A stretch of 63,804 bases of DNA, counting the filler, from Octopus bimaculoides (taxonomy: Eukaryota), in the NCBI RefSeq assembly GCF_001194135.2. It is 6 parts of 5 records of this genome, joined end to end, with 100 filler letters (N's around TTAATTAATTAA, not from the genome) between each part and the next. Parts side by side here need not be neighbours in the genome. Positions count along the whole stretch, not along the records: positions 37,511 to 54,786 come from NC_068985.1; positions 54,887 to 59,691 come from NC_068988.1; positions 59,792 to 62,126 come from NW_026345759.1; positions 62,227 to 63,804 come from NC_068999.1; 2 more parts are not named here. One strand, given 5' to 3'. Position numbers and translations under genes: made by a program. The notes beneath the pieces were generated by a model, which made no database searches, had not been told where the DNA came from, and saw only the letters and a list, made by a program, of their open reading frames with translations. This document shows positions 50,545 to 62,549 of the stretch, piece by piece (position 1 is the first letter of the stretch; every line of letters starts with the position of its first letter).

Positions 50545-50825
50545 TTTGGCTCATAACTGTGCGATCATGAGTTCAATTCCCAGCAACATGTTGTGTCCTT
50601 GAGCAAGATACTTTATTTTGTGTTGCCAGAAAAAATGAGTTGTACCTGTATTCCAAAAAGGGCCACCCTTGTTACATTCAGTGTCACGCTGAATCTCCCT
50701 AAGAACTGCATTAAGGGCATGCATGTCTGTGGAGTGCTCAGCCACTTGCGCAATATTTTCACTAGCGGCCTGTTCCATTGATCAGATCAACCGGGATCCT
50801 TGTCATCATAACTGATGGAGTGCCG
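50545..50825 (+). mobile_element. CORE-like SINE with tail X
   Basis: GAGTTCAATTCC B box, TTGTGTCCTTGAGCAAG, tail as in 30981-31362. Confidence 0.8.
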
Positions 50826-50861
50826 TGGCTGTGTTGTAAGAAGCTTGCTTCCCATTTGTGG

Positions 50862-51502
50862 TGTTATGAGCCAGGCTGTGTTGGAGGGAAGGACTGGAAA
50901 TGAGGGAGTACACAGGTCTTGTCGGAAGTGGGGCCTGCGGGTCCCACCGGAAGGGCTGTGGTGGGCATGTGGGCATCTGTGAGGTGCGAGCAGGCAGTTT
51001 GCAGTTGATGGATGGAGCCAGCAGCAATGGACAAGAGGATGAAGCTGGCAGCAACATGCGAGGGACTGAGGCCAGTCTTGAAGTCCCACGGTGGTCGCAG
51101 AGGGAGCGGTGCCCTCCTCACTGGTTGGCTGATTACAAGATAAGTTAAGGTGTATGGTCAGGGTTGAGGAGAGGGTGTGGACAGGTTGGTTGAATGATCT
51201 TCAGATTAGGTGGGGGGGGTGTTATGAGCCAGGCTGTGTTGGAGGGAAGGACTGGAAGTAAGGGAGTAACTAGGTCCTGTCAGAAGTGGGGACTGCGGGT
51301 CCCACCAGAAGGGCTGCGGTGGACATGCAGACATCTGCAAGGCATGAGCAGGCAGTTTGCAGTTGACAGCATATGAGAGCAGCCCTGTTGGATGGTACGA
51401 CAGCAGACAGACTGCGTGGACATTGTGAGTGACCCCTTCCATATAGACAGGTAAGACCTCCGTAATTCTCCCTCTGCTTCTGTCTTTTCCTCCTTCACAA
51501 CA
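50862..51502 (+). mobile_element. Miniature Gypsy-type LTR element: partial LTR, integrase tail plus PPT, complete 283-bp LTR; inserted in a family B SINE head
   Basis: 50862-51008 is homologous to 51220-51366; RWSQRERCPPHWLADY integrase-tail motif; AGGTGGGGGGGG PPT at 51208-51219; TGTTATGA...TCACAACA termini; SINE head split at ~50854/51503. Confidence 0.7.
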
Positions 51503-51639
51503 CACCAACCACATGGTTCCAGGTTCAGTCCCACTGTGTGGAACCTTGGGCAAATGTCTTCTACTATAGCCTTGGGCCAACCAAAGCACCATGAGTAGAT
51601 TTGGTAGATGGAAACTGAAAGCCCATTTAAAAAGTACCT

Positions 51640-52045
51640 TTGAATCATCAGGTGACACGCCATGCTTGAGGAGACCTATTGAGTCAGGTGAAATCAAAAA
51701 TCAAATCACAATAAAAAATAGAAACTGTAGTTGTGGCCGATGCCAGTTGTGGCTGGTGCAATATGCACCGTTCATGCATGGGTCGTTGCCAGTGCTGCCT
51801 GACTGGCTCCCTGTGCAAGTGGCATGTAAAAAGCACCATCCGAACATGGTACGATAGTTGTAAAGGATTGTCACTGTCATACAAGCAGTGTGCTTCATTT
51901 CCAGTTTCTTTGAAAGCATGTCTGGTCATGTGGAAATATTACCTGCTTTGGGAGCAGTTAAGGGTTGCTGACAGAAAAGGTAGAAAATCTGTCTCCATGC
52001 CACCATGGAAATGCGGTTTTTAAAATGATGATGATGATGATAATG
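51640..52045 (+). mobile_element. Family E RTE-tail repeat, degenerate
   Basis: TTGCCAGTGCTGCCTGACTGGCTCCC...AAAAAGCACC block and (GAT)n tail. Confidence 0.65.
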
Positions 52046-52150
52046 TTATATATGTATATCTGTATGAGTTTCAGTGTGTGTGTGTGTGTGTGTGCACTCA
52101 ATATCAGTGTATTGTGTCTATTGTAAACAAAATGTTTTCCTATCAATATA

Positions 52151-52214
<64 letters not shown>

Positions 52215-52369
52215 TTCCTATACTATATGTGTTTGTGTGTGTGCATGTGTGTGTACGCCTATTATCAGTGTATTGGGACAATTGTAAACAAAATGTTTTC
52301 CTATCTATATATATTTATATACATGTTTTCCTATCCTATCCAATGTATATATATATATATATATATATA

Positions 52370-52737
52370 TTATCTTTTATTTGTTTCAGTCATTAGAGTG
52401 CGGCCATTAGTTGAATGAATCGACCCCAGTAATTATTTTTTAAGCCTATTGGTGTCTTTTGCTGAACTGCTAAGTTACGGGGATGTAAACACACCAACAC
52501 CAGTTGTCAAGCTGTAATGGGGGGACAAACAGAGACAGAAAGGCACACACATATAGATATATAGTACATAGATATACGATGGGCTTCTTCCAGTTTCTGT
52601 CAACAAAATCCACTCACAAGGCTTTGGCTGGCCTGAGGCTATTATTGAAGACACTTGCTTAAGGTGCTACACAGTGAGACTGAACCCAGAACCATGTGGT
52701 TGGGAAGTTTCTTACCACACAGCCACTCCTGCACCTA
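52370..52737 (-). mobile_element. SINE family B, near full length, CpG-depleted
   Basis: Aligns with 35425-35870. Confidence 0.9.
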
Positions 52738-52869
52738 GATATATGAAGAAAAAAAACTCCAAATGACCTGTCCATGTTTTCTTTGTATCGTCTATCTGGA
52801 TGTTTTGTCCCTTTCTTGTATCACCTAACTGTCTGGATGTTTTGTGTTCTTGTCCCATTCTGTATTATT

Positions 52870-52914
<45 letters not shown>

Positions 52915-53466
52915 TGTTATATTTATTCACATTACTTTATTATCAAGTTCAGTGGTAAACTTTATCTTTTCTTAGCTGACAAAACAGCCCAAAATAGATC
53001 CTTTGTTTCATGGGTAACAATTTGACAGTACACTTATCAAAAAATATTTAACCATTTTAAAATTATCTATCATTATTTACCTAAAATTATTTATAGATAG
53101 TTTACTAAATTAGGGGAATTTTTTTCAAGTTTGAACTCAATTTACTGTTCAAATCTACTTGAGGTCGACTTTGGGTTTGGTATAATTGGCTGTTCTTCCA
53201 TAATCATCATCTTTCTTATTTTCATGATTGCATGGGTCAGAAGGGATTTCTTTTGGCAGATTTTCTACAGCTGGATGTTCTTCCTGTTATCAACCCTCCA
53301 TTGTTTCCATGTTCTCGGCTGGACACATTTTCATAGAAGATTAGAAATGGAGATCATTTGTATAATGCAACACTCATTTACATGTATTGTGCAATGTCAA
53401 GAAAAGGAGACAGACATATGCACATATACATACATTCATTTAATTATCCATCTATCAATCCATCCA

Positions 53467-53526
<60 letters not shown>

Positions 53527-53649
53527 AATCTGTCCCTCTGTCTGTCTATCGATTTATCTGTCTGTCCGTCCGTCTGTCTGTCTATCTATCTTATCTATCT
53601 ATCGCTCTCTCTCTTCCTAATATAAATATATATATATATGCATGTGTAT

Positions 53650-54360
53650 ATCATCATCATCATCATTTAACAGTCGTTGTCCATGCTGGCATGGGTTGGA
53701 TGGTTTGACCAGGGCTGGTAAGCTGAGGGGCTGCACCAGCCTCCAGTCTGATTTGGCATGGTTTATATGGCTGGATGCCTTTCCTAATGCCAACCACTCC
53801 TGAGAGTGTAATGGGTTCTTTTGCATGCCACTGGCACAGGTGCCAGTTGCATGACGCCAGTGTCTGCCACAACTACAATTTCACTTGGCTTGATGGATCT
53901 TCTTCTCAAGTACTGCATATTGTCAAAGGTCTTGGTCATTTGTCATTGCCTCTGTGAGGCCCTATGCTCAAAAGTTGCTTCTTATGTGCCACCAGCATGG
54001 GTGCTAGTTACATGATATCAACATCAGACACATTGCCTCCATGAAGCCCAACACTCAAAAAGTACTTTTTACATGCTACCAGCACAGGTACCAGTTATGT
54101 GACACTGACAACAGCCACAACTATGATTTCACTTGGCTTGACAGGTCTTCTCAAGCACGGCATATCGTCAAAGGTCTCAGTCACTAGTCATTGCTTCCAT
54201 GAGGTCCAGCATTTGAAGATCATGCTTCACCGCCTCATCCCATGTCTTCCTGGGTCTACCTCTTCTACAGCTTAACCTCAACTGATAGAAATCAGCAGAT
54301 CTTCACACAGCTGTCCTCATTCATACATACCAAATAACTATACCAGCACAGTCATCTCTC
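53650..54360 (-). mobile_element. Family E RTE-tail repeats and RTE 3' remnant
   Basis: (CAT)n...CCATGCTGGCATGGGTTGGATGG...CCTAATGCCAACCACTC with internally repeated CACTTGGCTTGA blocks. Confidence 0.8.
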
Positions 54361-54559
54361 TTGCACACCACATCTGACGCCTCTTATGCCCAACTTTTCT
54401 CTCAAGGTGCTTACACTTTGTCTTACATGCACAGTATACATATATATACGATTTCGATTTCATTTGCCCCAACAGGTCTTCGCAAGCAGAATTTAGTGTC
54501 CACTGAAGTAAAGATACGAATTAGTGAGCTGGCTACACTTCTGGCAGAGGTCACAGATT

Positions 54560-54786
54560 ATGCTCTCACTTGCCTTGCCAGGTCTTCTCATGTACTGCAT
54601 ATTTCCAAAGGTCCCGGTCACTGGTCATTGCCTCGGTGAGGCCTGAAGTTCGAAGGTCATGCTTCACCACCTCATCCCAGGTCTTCCTGGGTCTACCTCT
54701 TCCACAGGTTCCCTCAACTGCTAAGGTGTGGCACTTTTTCACACAGCTATCCTCATCCATTCTTGCCACATGTCCATACCAGCGCA
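54560..54786 (-). mobile_element. RTE LINE ORF C-terminus
   Basis: ARMDEDSCVKKCHTLAVEGTCGRGRPRKTWDEVVKHDLRTSGLTEAMTSDRDLWKYAV. Confidence 0.9.
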
Positions 54787-55072
54787 NNNNNNNNNNNNNN
54801 NNNNNNNNNNNNNNNNNNNNNNNNNNNNNNTTAATTAATTAANNNNNNNNNNNNNNNNNNNNNNNNNNNNNNNNNNNNNNNNNNNNTATTAATATATATA
54901 CATATATATATACATATACATACATATATATATACATATACATACATATATATATATACATACATATATATATATATACACATACACATATATATATATA
55001 TATATATACATGCATATACATATATACATACATACATACAAACATACATACATATACATACATACATACATG

Positions 55073-56000
55073 TACTAGCTGATGTACCCGGTAATTCCTG
55101 GAAAAGTGGGGCTTATCCTTTGGTTCTGTTCTCATAATTGTTTCGCTAATTCAATAACAACAATACAAAGTATGTAGCCCTTAAAATGGTTTTCATGCAT
55201 TTACAGAGGATACCAAAATGTCTCACACAGGATCTTGTTTTTAGGAATTCCCAATAAATTATGAATACCCAAATTGTGAAGTCAGTTATGTAATAACATG
55301 AAATATTTACCTGATAGTAAGAATTCAAATAAAGTAGCCCCATAAAGGGCTTTAATGCGTTCCCAGAGTATATAGAACATAGGAGGAAATACTAATAAGG
55401 TATGTATACTAAAATCGTGAAGCATGTTACGTAACAACAGGCTAATCAGATATGTGATAATAACAATTCAAAGTAAAAAACTCTGAAAAGGGCTTTTGTG
55501 CACTCCCAGAGAATATTACTCTCTCTCTCTCACACACACACACACACAAACACACATATATATATATATTTGGAGTGTTTTGGAAATTCCTTGATAAAGT
55601 TATAATATTTGGAGAGAAGATTTTTTCTCAAAGAGATAAGATTGAGAAAAGAACCTATATATATATATAGCCACTATGAAAATATTTAGACCTCTTATAG
55701 GGATATTTTTATCCAAGATACACTGGTTTAATATATTGATTTTGAAGAGATATTTCTTCGATGAATATCTAGTATATATAAATCACAGTATGTGTGTGTG
55801 TGTATATTGACGAGCGCATACATTTCCACAATTCTCAACTGATTTTCACCAAACTTTACACACACGTTACTTATGTCCCAAGGATGGTCATGCACAATAA
55901 CATTTTCCAGAGCTCCTGCGTAAATGGACAAACCGGGGAAAATGGTGGTTTTCACACTGGTTTTTCTCTAATTTGTTGTAGATACAGAATTTTTTTTATG
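55073..56000. mobile_element. Helitron-like terminal fragments
   Basis: The reverse complement of 55073-55100 reads CCGGGTACATCAGCTAGT (CTAG|T 3' end); TCTAGTATATATAAAT-(GT)n-GATTTTCACCAAACTTTAC at ~55770 resembles 5' ends of non-autonomous invertebrate Helitrons. Confidence 0.35.
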
Positions 56001-56734
56001 TAGAGTCTTCCATACATTTTTAATCTATATGGTTGTATATTGGCATTAGAGAATATTTTTTAGTGGTTTTCACATTTTTTTGATTTATTATTTATTCATA
56101 TGTTATAATAGTGTATTATTACTTGGTTAGAGAATATTATAAAAGTGAAAGGATTTTGTCTATTTATTTATTCTGACGTCCACCTGCGACATTGATTAAA
56201 TTGACTAGACACTGCATGTGATGAATATCCAATACCAAACAATCTTAATTTCCACATTTAAACTGCATTAAACTTTGGCAAACTTGCCTTTACCTATTCT
56301 GAGTTACTTGAAAAGTGATGTCCCCTTCCATCTCTTCTATTTGTTGTTACCTTTGTTTATCTACCAATGTGTTGTTTCACTTTAAGGATGCTTATTTACC
56401 CACCCATTATGATATTTCAAACATGACATTTTTTCACTATGAACTGCTAAAGATTCAAACCAGTATTCATGAACTGAAGTCAAACTCTTCATGTCTTCAT
56501 TTTTCGTTACCTGAAGTCAATTTCAGAGTGGTCGTACACTGTAAGCACATAGCAAATATATTCTTTTAACTCTACTTTTTCAAGTAGATTTTATATTGCT
56601 GTTTTTGAATGTATCAATCATACTTCCCTTTGAAAAAATAGCTCCTCCATCTGGCTAACAACACAATACACAAAGTACACTTATTGATTTACATTAATGA
56701 TTTACATTAAACCGAAATAAGTGTACGACACACT

Positions 56735-57300
56735 GTGCCCAGTCAATATTTGCAAAGGGAAATCATCATTTCCATCTCCAGCCTGAGGTGATACACATGG
56801 ACCCAGGTTTCTGGGTAGTAACCAATTATCAGCATGTGACAATCACCGGCTAAGGATGAGAAGTGATTCCGAATGCAAAATACTATATGCTTTTTCCAGT
56901 AACAAACCATCGCTGATTTTGAAAGAGGGGAAACAAGCAAAAATAAATTTCTGAGCAAGATGTAAACAACAGCAGCACGATATTGTGAAGTATATTTGCC
57001 ACCTAAATGTGGTTGACCCATATGGGACGATGCTACTGTAGTTTATAGCTCCAGGAAGACATCTCCTCCAGCTGGCTAATGACACACTGTTTGAGCCTGA
57101 TCAGTATTTCCGAAAGGAAATCATCGTTCTCATCTCTAGCCTGAAGTGATACACACGGACCCGGGTTTCTGGGTAGTAACCCATATGCTTTTTCAAGTGA
57201 CAAACCGTCGCTAATCTCGATAAAGGAGAAACAAGCAAAAATAAATCTCAGAGTGAGATTTAAACAGTAGCAGCACAACACTGTGAAGTATATTTAGCAT
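56735..57300. repeat. Diverged tandem duplication (~270 bp; second copy lacks ~60 bp)
   Basis: GGAAATCATC..AGCCTGA.GTGATACAC..GGACCC.GGTTTCTGGGTAGTAACC and GAAACAAGCAAAAATAAAT...TGTGAAGTATATTT each occur twice. Confidence 0.9.
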
Positions 57301-57397
57301 ACATGTATATATTTACAATATATATAGACATATATATATATATATATATATATACATTTATATATATACATATATATATATATATACATATATATAC

Positions 57398-57428
<31 letters not shown>

Positions 57429-58502
57429 CATATATATATATACATATATATATATATACATATATATATACATATATATATATATATACATATATATATA
57501 CATATATATATACATATATATATATATATACATATANNNNNNNNNNNNNNNNNNNNNNNNNNNNNNNNNNNNNNNNNNNNNNNNNNNNNNNNNNNNNNNN
57601 NNNNNNNNNNNNNNNNNNNNNNNNNNNNNNNNNNNNNNNNNNNNNNNNNNNNNNNNNNNNNNNNNNNNNNNNNNNNNNNNNNNNNNNNNNNNNNNNNNNN
57701 NNNNNNNNNNNNNNNNNNNNNNNNNNNNNNNNNNNNNNNNNNNNNNNNNNNNNNNNNNNNNNNNNNNNNNNNNNNNNNNNNNNNNNNNNNNNNNNNNNNN
57801 NNNNNNNNNNNNNNNNNNNNNNNNNNNNNNNNNNNNNNNNNNNNNNNNNNNNNNNNNNNNNNNNNNNNNNNNNNNNNNNNNNNNNNNNNNNNNNNNNNNN
57901 NNNNNNNNNNNNNNNNNNNNNNNNNNNNNNNNNNNNNNNNNNNNNNNNNNNNNNNNNNNNNNNNNNNNNNNNNNNNNNNNNNNNNNNNNNNNNNNNNNNN
58001 NNNNNNNNNNNNNNNNNNNNNNNNNNNNNNNNNNNNNNNNNNNNNNNNNNNNNNNNNNNNNNNNNNNNNNNNNNNNNNNNNNNNNNNNNNNNNNNNNNNN
58101 NNNNNNNNNNNNNNNNNNNNNNNNNNNNNNNNNNNNNNNNNNNNNNNNNNNNNNNNNNNNNNNNNNNNNNNNNNNNNNNNNNNNNNNNNNNNNNNNNNNN
58201 NNNNNNNNNNNNNNNNNNNNNNNNNNNNNNNNNNNNNNNNNNNNNNNNNNNNNNNNNNNNNNNNNNNNNNNNNNNNNNNNNNNNNNNNNNNNNNNNNNNN
58301 NNNNNNNNNNNNNNNNNNNNNNNNNNNNNNNNNNNNNNNNNNNNNNNNNNNNNNNNNNNNNNNNNNNNNNNNNNNNNNNNNNNNNNNNNNNNNNNNNNNN
58401 NNNNNNNNNNNNNNNNNNNNNNNNNNNNNNNNNNNNNNNNNNNNNNNNNNNNNNNNNNNNNNNNNNNNNNNNNNNNNNNNNNNNNNNNNNNNNNNNNNNN
58501 NN

Positions 58503-59165
58503 GAGCAAGCGCAGTTTTAGTCATTGGACACTAAACCCCACTTGCGAAGACCTGTTGAGGCAAGTGAAATCGAAATCGAGTTAAATTGGACACTAAACTC
58601 CACTTGCGAAGACCTGTTGAGGCAAGTGAAATCGAAATCGAGTTAAATTGGACACAAAACTTATTGGGGCAAGCGAAAGCGAATTTGTGATGGCACCTGT
58701 GCCCAGCATAGCCTTTCTGGCACTCGTGCCCGCGGCATGTCTAAGGCCTTTTGAGCGAGATCGTTGCCAGTGCCCCTGGACTGGCTCTTGTGCGGGTGGC
58801 ACATAAAATACGCCATTTTGAGCATGGCCGTTGCCAGTACAGCCTGACTGGCCTTCGTAGGATATTTGAGCGAGATCGGGCCAGTGCTCCTAGACTGGCT
58901 CTTGTGCAGGTAGCACATAAAATACACCATCTTGAGCGTGGCCGTTGCCAGTACCGCCTGACTGGCCTTTGTGTGGGTGACACGTAAAAGCACCCACTAC
59001 ACTCTCTGAGTGGTTGGCATTAGGAAGGGCATCCTGCCGTAGAAACTCTGCCAAATCAGATTGGAGCCTGGTGTAGCCATCTGGTTTCACCAGTCCTCAG
59101 TCAAATCATCCAACCCATGCTAGCATGGAAAGTGGATGTTAAACGACGATGATGATGATGATGAT
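58503..59165 (+). mobile_element. Family E repeat with expanded internal tandem arrays (62-bp and ~115-bp units), CpG-rich
   Basis: 62-bp unit starts at 58523, 58585 and 58647; ~115-bp units at ~58753 and 58868; family E tail 58985-59165. Confidence 0.85.
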
Positions 59166-59202
59166 ATGTATATATACATATAAACATATATATATACATA
59201 TA

Positions 59203-59245
<43 letters not shown>

Positions 59246-59650
59246 TACACATATATATACATATCAATTTACATATATGCATCTGTACATATACATCTAT
59301 ATATAACTAATTTAGAGACGAACCACCATTCCACAACTCAGTCACTGAAGAACCCGTCCAAAACCAGAGCATACATGTATATACATATATATATATGCAT
59401 ACATATATATATATATGTATATACATAAATATATATACATATACATGAATATATGTATATATATATACATGAAAATATACATATACATGAAAATATACAT
59501 ATATATATACACACATATATATACATACATTTATACATATAAATCTATATATATATATATATATATAGGTATATATACGTCTATACATATACATCTATAT
59601 ATACATACATATGTATCTACACCTACATGTACACATGCATACATATATCT

Positions 59651-59691
<41 letters not shown>

Positions 59692-59796
59692 NNNNNNNNN
59701 NNNNNNNNNNNNNNNNNNNNNNNNNNNNNNNNNNNTTAATTAATTAANNNNNNNNNNNNNNNNNNNNNNNNNNNNNNNNNNNNNNNNNNNNATATA

Positions 59797-60165
59797 CCGT
59801 ATATACTCAGCTATAAGTCGCACTAGACTTATAAGCGCATCCTCTAAAAAATTTTCAGATATTTTGTAGGTACAAGCCAAGTCTGAACTTCCGACACTTG
59901 GAATAAAATTTTACATTATGAACAACGGTTTCTAAAATGCATGGACTTAATGCGATAACACTTGTTCTAAGTAAACTTCAGCTTACTGAAAGATCGGTTA
60001 TCGAACAACAAGTATATCGGTGCGATTCTTAATCGAACTTTGCTCTCTAACATCAAAAATGTCGTTGCGACTTATAGTCGGGTCAATGATAAAATTCCCG
60101 ATCTGAACCTTGTAAGTCGGGGTGCGTCTAATAGGCAAGGGCGTTTTATAGTCGAGTATATACGG
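59797..60165. mobile_element. Tc2/pogo-type MITE, 369 bp
   Basis: TIRs CCGTATATACTCAGCTATAA and TTATAGTCGAGTATATACGG; TA on the left; subterminal GCGACTTATAGTCG-type repeats. Confidence 0.8.
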
Positions 60166-60214
60166 CGTTATATATATATATATATATAAAGTTCAAAAAA
60201 GGAAAAAGACAAAA

Positions 60215-60330
60215 AACAACAACGTGAGGACGTGATACAGATTGTGTTACTAGACGCTCGGGAAAGGAAAGAAAGAGAATATGACGTTTCGAGCGGAGCT
60301 CTTCGTCGGAAACAAAGAAAGTCCAAAGAA
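60215..60330 (-). mobile_element. Penelope-like terminal-repeat fragment (second subfamily) with hammerhead-like core
   Basis: The reverse complement of 60283-60309 reads CCGACGA-A-GAGC-TCC-GCTC-GAA-ACGT-C. Confidence 0.5.
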
Positions 60331-60997
60331 GGGAAAAACGGAGGAAGAAAAAATCGCCACCGATATTCGTTTTGCAAGATTCTTAATGTGAATTCGCGCG
60401 TTGAAACAGATATTGTTGTATTTGGGGATGGTCATGTTGCCAGTTTAGCCAATGAAAACACACGCACTATATATTTGATGTTCACTTGCTTCAACTTTAT
60501 TTTGTATTAATTGTATTTCGGCCAGAGTTCTTTNNNNNNNNNNNNNNNNNNNNNNNNNNNNNNNNNNNNNNNNNNNNNNNNNNNNNNNNNNNNNNNNNNN
60601 NNNNNNNNNNNNNNNNNNNNNNNNNNNNNNNNNNNNNNNNNNNNNNNNNNNNNNNNNNNNNNNNNNNNNNNNNNNNNNNNNNNNNNNNNNNNNNNNNNNN
60701 NNNNNNNNNNNNNNNNNNNNNNNNNNNNNNNNNNNNNNNNNNNNNNNNNNNNNNNNNNNNNNNNNNNNNNNNNNNNNNNNNNNNNNNNNNNNNNNNNNNN
60801 NNNNNNNNNNNNNNNNNNNNNNNNNNNNNNNNNNNNNNNNNNNNNNNNNNNNNNNNNNNNNNNNNNNNNNNNNNNNNNNNNNNNNNNNNNNNNNNNNNNN
60901 NNNNNNNNNNNNNNNNNNNNNNNNNNNNNNNNNNNNNNNNNNNNNNNNNNNNNNNNNNNNNNNNNNNNNNNNNNNNNNNNNNNNNNNNNNNNNNNNT

Positions 60998-61255
60998 TCG
61001 ATTCCCAGACCGGGCGTTGTGTGTGTTTATTGAGCGAAAACACCTAAAGCTCCACGAGGCTCCGGTAGGGGGTGGTGGCGACCCCTGTTGTACTCTTTTG
61101 CCCCAACTTTCTCTCACTCTTTCTTCATGTTTCTTGAGTAACGCTGCGATGGACTGCCGTCCCGTCCAGCTGGTGGGGAACACATGTGCCATAGAAATCG
61201 GGAAACAGGGCCCATGAACCTGGCTAGGCTTTAAAAGGGCGCATAAATTAAAAAA
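60998..61255 (+). mobile_element. SINE with family C head and V-domain-like 3' part
   Basis: First ~130 bp nearly identical to 31047-31170, then GCTGCGATGGACTGCCGTCCCGTCCAG instead of tail X. Confidence 0.8.
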
Positions 61256-61284
61256 AAATATATATATATATAATGTGCGTTCAC

Positions 61285-61382
61285 GTAGCATTTGTTGACC
61301 TGAGGGCTATAGTGGAAGACACTTGCAGTGGAACTGGACCCGAACCCATATGGTTGCAAAGCGACCTTCTTAACCACACAAC
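61285..61382 (-). mobile_element. SINE family B head
   Basis: GAGGGCTATAGTGGAAGACACTTG...CCCGAACCATATGGTTG...CTTAACCACACA. Confidence 0.7.
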
Positions 61383-62244
61383 CATATTTAGATTTATTTT
61401 GTCAGATTATCTCCACTTTCCTATGCTCACTGATAATAATCGCTACTTTTTTGTTTTCTTTCAACTCTAAGAATGAAATTTTAATTGAAGTGAGAGTGTT
61501 TCACATGCGTCGATCAGTCAATCAGTACACCACTCCTTTAAATATTTAATTTAAACTTCCGGTCGGAGTCATTTTGTTTCACCGACGGATCTTTAATGTC
61601 TTTTGGAAAATATTTCTCTGAAATATAGACATTTGTGCTTTATCAAAAGAAACCGGTATTTATATAAATATTTCCTTTTCCTCCTTTATTGACTAGTTTT
61701 ACATTGATTGATAAATGGGGTGAAGACAATTAGAATAAATAAATAAAATGAATAAAATGAAATCAAAACATTTACATACGCTAGTCATAAATAACACTTT
61801 CACCAACATTTTTTCTGTCTTTTCAACTAAACGATACCGACCACATGGAATCTGATATTCTGTATAATAATAATAATATGAACCTTTTGATTTTCTTTTA
61901 CTCTTGGGGATTTTATTATTTTATATAATTTTATTATTTATTTATCTATTTATTCATATATTTATTTCTTTATTTCTAGCTCGTACGAACGATTATTTAA
62001 AGTTAAAATTGGTATTCCTTTAGTACAAAAAAGTTTTATGTGTAATAAATGATATTACGTCTTCATAAACTCAATAGTACGAGATGATCACTAGTATACA
62101 CACACATACAGACATATATATATATANNNNNNNNNNNNNNNNNNNNNNNNNNNNNNNNNNNNNNNNNNNNTTAATTAATTAANNNNNNNNNNNNNNNNNN
62201 NNNNNNNNNNNNNNNNNNNNNNNNNNACAGATACTTCAGATACT

Positions 62245-62522
62245 TCTTATCAGGCGGCGTCTTCTACTGTGACACCAGAGTTTTCCGGGGTCACTTATCG
62301 ATGTAGTTGACAAAATTCCCGCACAACAGCACGAGTTTTGTTGTGTCAGATGTTGCCACTCTGGGCCAGATGTTTCTATCATCCTCAATGCTGGTTCTTA
62401 CTGTACCACTCATCCTTTCTCTCTGGAGCCAGGTATAATAGCTTGCTTTCTCAGCAGCTTCTGATAATTTTCTGGTGACATCTTTTGTTTCCTTCGCTGC
62501 TGGCCCAAGACACCTGAACATC
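62245..62522 (-). repeat. Inverted copy of the HERO 3' end (left arm)
   Basis: Reverse complement of 62962-63239 at 277 of 278 positions. Confidence 0.95.
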
Positions 62523-62549
62523 AAGAAAACTCATATTGTGCAGAAAACG

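Noticed and set aside
52090-52330. Local ~165-bp-period duplication around (TA)n
   Set aside because: A microsatellite-associated slippage duplication with no additional structure.
56271-56303. Minus-strand IGKGKFAKV resembling a kinase glycine-rich loop
   Set aside because: It is flanked by stops with no VAIK, HRD or DFG motifs or splice support; likely chance.
58523-58660. Regularly spaced repeats suggestive of a CRISPR array
   Set aside because: The units are contiguous 62-bp tandem copies with no unique spacers, in a eukaryotic retroposon context.
62230-62240. GATACTTCAGA shared with the hairpin at 40332-40342
   Set aside because: An 11-bp match in 64 kb with no flanking similarity is compatible with chance.
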